From a virus, in IMG/VR virus record IMGVR_UViG_3300010375_000005, positions 1 through 44,925 of that record: a DNA stretch of 44,925 nucleotides; one strand, 5' to 3'. Below are positions 43,174-44,925 of this stretch, piece by piece. The position numbers and the translations under genes are program-made. Numbering within the stretch: position 1 is the stretch's first letter; every line of letters starts with the position of its first letter. The notes beneath the pieces were generated by a model. That model saw only the letters and a program-made list of their open reading frames with translations. It was not told the DNA's origin and did no database searches.

Positions 43174-44925
43174 TTAGTATTGTCCAGTTTCAAACAAAGA
43201 TCCCTGCCTTTTAGTTAGGGCCGCGTTATTGCAATTTTTAACAGCCTCGTTAAAGTACGAATCTTTCAATTCGCATCCAATAGCAAAACGTCCGTTATTA
43301 ATCGATACATACGCCTCGCTGCCAGTACCTAAGAATGGTGTTAAAACAGTATCGCCCGGATTGCTAAACATTTGCATAGGCCTATGAATTACTTCAAGTT
43401 GGAGGTTTGCAATATGCTTTTCATCGCCCATATCAGTACCCGCCTTACCATTAAGTACATCGGTACGTTTTATATCCATCCATACGGGACTGGCCCACTT
43501 TTGCCATAAGTTGAGCGGAATGTTTTGTTTTGTCAAGTGGTTAACAGGCTCCCAGTTACTTTCATCGCTACCGTCCCACTTTTTGAAGTAACGCATATAT
43601 TCAGCCATACCGTAACCGGAAAGAACGGAATTTGAGGTTAGCGTTTTATATAAAAGTCGTTGGGTTTTTGTACGTTGCATCTCCAGTACAGGATCACACC
43701 AGATCGTTGTTTTGCTGTGTAGCTTAAAACCTGTGCGTTCGTTTGTTTTCAGAATTAAATCAAGTTCAGCAAGTCTTGAATTGACCGTAATTGAAATCAA
43801 AATCTCATTAAGGGCCTCAATTTTAGCCAATAATAAATCACGGCGGTCTGATAATTCCATTATTTCATCTACTTGAAAAATCTCAAATTCTAACTCGTTT
43901 ATTCGCTTTTTTATCTGATTGTAAAGAGGAATTTCTGCAATTAGTTTTTCGCGCTCTTTAATATAATCAACGACGAGGCAATTCTGAATGAACATCGTAT
44001 GTTCATCAGTAAAGTTATCCATTCCTGTAAACCCGGATGAATTTTTATAAACCCCCAAGTCCTTAGTGTGGCATGCCATAATGCGGCCCGGCTTAAGAAC
44101 GCGGTAACACTCTTTAATGATAAATTTATACTGTTCCCAAAATGCCGCGTCATCGTCGTTATTACCCAAGTCGTGTATATAATTTGAGTAGGTAAACAAT
44201 GACTTGAACGGTGGAGAGAAAATAATAAAATCAACTGAATTATCAGCCAATCGTTTTAACTCAATGGCGCTATCTCCTTTCATTAGCCACATGTGCGGTG
44301 TTTTTACCTCTTTAAAATCGTAAGTGTCTAAAAGTCCGTATGTTTTGCCGTTGATGGCTTTCGATACTTCGCGGATAGATTCGTTGTGTTGTTGTTCTTT
44401 CATTTTAATATTTTGGAGTACGTTTTGCATGGTATCGGTAGTCATTAGCCAACAGTTAACTGTGTGCAGCTGGCCGAAGCGAAGGAAACGGCGAATAGCC
44501 TGGTATAGTGCCTCAAAGCTGAAATTAAACGAGGCGAATATAGTATTATGGCAATGTTGCCAGTTTAGGCCATATTGAGCAAGTTTTGTTTTGGTTATTA
44601 ACACGCGGATTTTACCATGTGAAAAATCGGCAAATCCCTGCCGTTTAATATCCTTTTTATCAGATCCTGTTACATTAACGCTTCCGGGAATTAATTTCAA
44701 CAATTCCTCCGCTTCGCTATTAAGTGTAACCCAAATGCAAAACGTTTCGGTTGAATTATTAACAATTTCGGCAACTTCGGCCAATCTTTCAACTTTGGTT
44801 AACTTCAATTCCCGGCTGAATGATGTTGCATCGACCGCAACGTCATTAAACATCTTTCCCGGCCTGGATGCTGTTTTTATTTGCCTTTCAATGTAATTTA
44901 ATGGCGGCAAATCATATCCCGGTTC
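43174..44925 (-). CDS. Helicase-methyltransferase fusion, C-terminal part: helicase C-domain plus a beta-class N6/N4 amino-methyltransferase. The ORF continues upstream at 846..1, and 44803-44925 duplicates 1-123.
   Basis: QAIRRFLRFGQ (helicase motif VI). DFIIFSPPF (catalytic motif IV) precedes TPFLGTGSE (AdoMet motif I). A coiled-coil insert KREKLIAEIPLYNQIKKRINELEFEIFQVDEIMEL lies between them. Confidence 0.8.
   Translation of the reverse strand, partial: EPGYDLPPLNYIERQIKTASRPGKMFNDVAVDATSFSRELKLTKVERLAEVAEIVNNSTETFCIWVTLNSEAEELLKLIPGSVNVTGSDKKDIKRQGFADFSHGKIRVLITKTKLAQYGLNWQHCHNTIFASFNFSFEALYQAIRRFLRFGQLHTVNCWLMTTDTMQNVLQNIKMKEQQHNESIREVSKAINGKTYGLLDTYDFKEVKTPHMWLMKGDSAIELKRLADNSVDFIIFSPPFKSLFTYSNYIHDLGNNDDDAAFWEQYKFIIKECYRVLKPGRIMACHTKDLGVYKNSSGFTGMDNFTDEHTMFIQNCLVVDYIKEREKLIAEIPLYNQIKKRINELEFEIFQVDEIMELSDRRDLLLAKIEALNEILISITVNSRLAELDLILKTNERTGFKLHSKTTIWCDPVLEMQRTKTQRLLYKTLTSNSVLSGYGMAEYMRYFKKWDGSDESNWEPVNHLTKQNIPLNLWQKWASPVWMDIKRTDVLNGKAGTDMGDEKHIANLQLEVIHRPMQMFSNPGDTVLTPFLGTGSEAYVSINNGRFAIGCELKDSYFNEAVKNCNNAALTKRQGSLFETGQY
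44803..44925. repeat. Terminal direct duplication (copy 2), identical to 1..123
   Basis: Same 123-nt string as the window start. Confidence 0.95.

Noticed and set aside
1-44925. A search for integrase, excisionase, CI-like repressor, tRNA, reverse transcriptase/DGR and CRISPR/anti-CRISPR-associated HTH signatures
   Set aside because: None of the ORFs shows tyrosine or serine recombinase or reverse transcriptase motifs. The phage is provisionally treated as non-integrating, but the absence of sensitive profile searches limits this conclusion.

Overview
The window is a complete, circularly closed genome of a tailed dsDNA phage. Bases 1-123 are identical to 44803-44925, giving a unit length of 44,802 bp, and one ORF runs in frame across the junction. 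The organisation is siphovirus-like. The host is almost certainly a member of the Bacteroidota, because promoters are of the TTTG / TAnnTTTG type, Shine-Dalgarno sequences are absent, and signal peptides are MKKLI-type.

The backbone lies on the minus strand:
- Replication and recombination: an 824-aa SNF2-like helicase fused to an amino-methyltransferase, a beta sliding clamp, an HNH-AP2 homing endonuclease, a YqaJ exonuclease, a BT4734/VirE_N-type primase, a MazG-like protein, an SF2 DEAH helicase, a P-loop replicative NTPase, an iteron-like AT-rich region and a VRR-NUC nuclease. No DNA polymerase is present.
- Packaging and head: TerS, TerL, portal, prohead protease and an HK97-like capsid protein.
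- Tail: a tube candidate, a 1177-aa tape measure, 805/701/206-aa distal tail proteins and a 1117-aa beta-helix fibre/depolymerase.
- Lysis: a membrane protein, a GH25 endolysin, a secreted Serratia-type nuclease and a holin candidate.

The minus-strand backbone is interrupted by six opposite-strand (+) cassettes of small ORFan genes, four of them within the tail/structural block; the + cassettes also carry a C5 methyltransferase. Four of them are driven by near-identical copies of one promoter. A fifth copy, on the minus strand, drives an alanine-repeat Imm-5-like gene wedged between terL and portal.

Observations I rate most worth follow-up:
1. Two cassettes with unrelated cargo share an identical 61-bp 5' block and a 25-bp 3' block, and these blocks contain a 12-nt leader/trailer complementarity.
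2. Eight transcription-unit starts have a -7 box 3-5 nt from the ATG, implying leaderless mRNAs.
3. Two orphan promoter/terminator units are candidate small RNAs.
4. The helicase-methyltransferase fusion, and a C5 methyltransferase with a duplicated target-recognition motif.
5. Sec signal peptides on a tail-fibre-like protein and on a protein in the head-tail module.

No integrase, repressor, tRNA or CRISPR array was seen. All domain calls come from motif recognition by eye; no database search was run.
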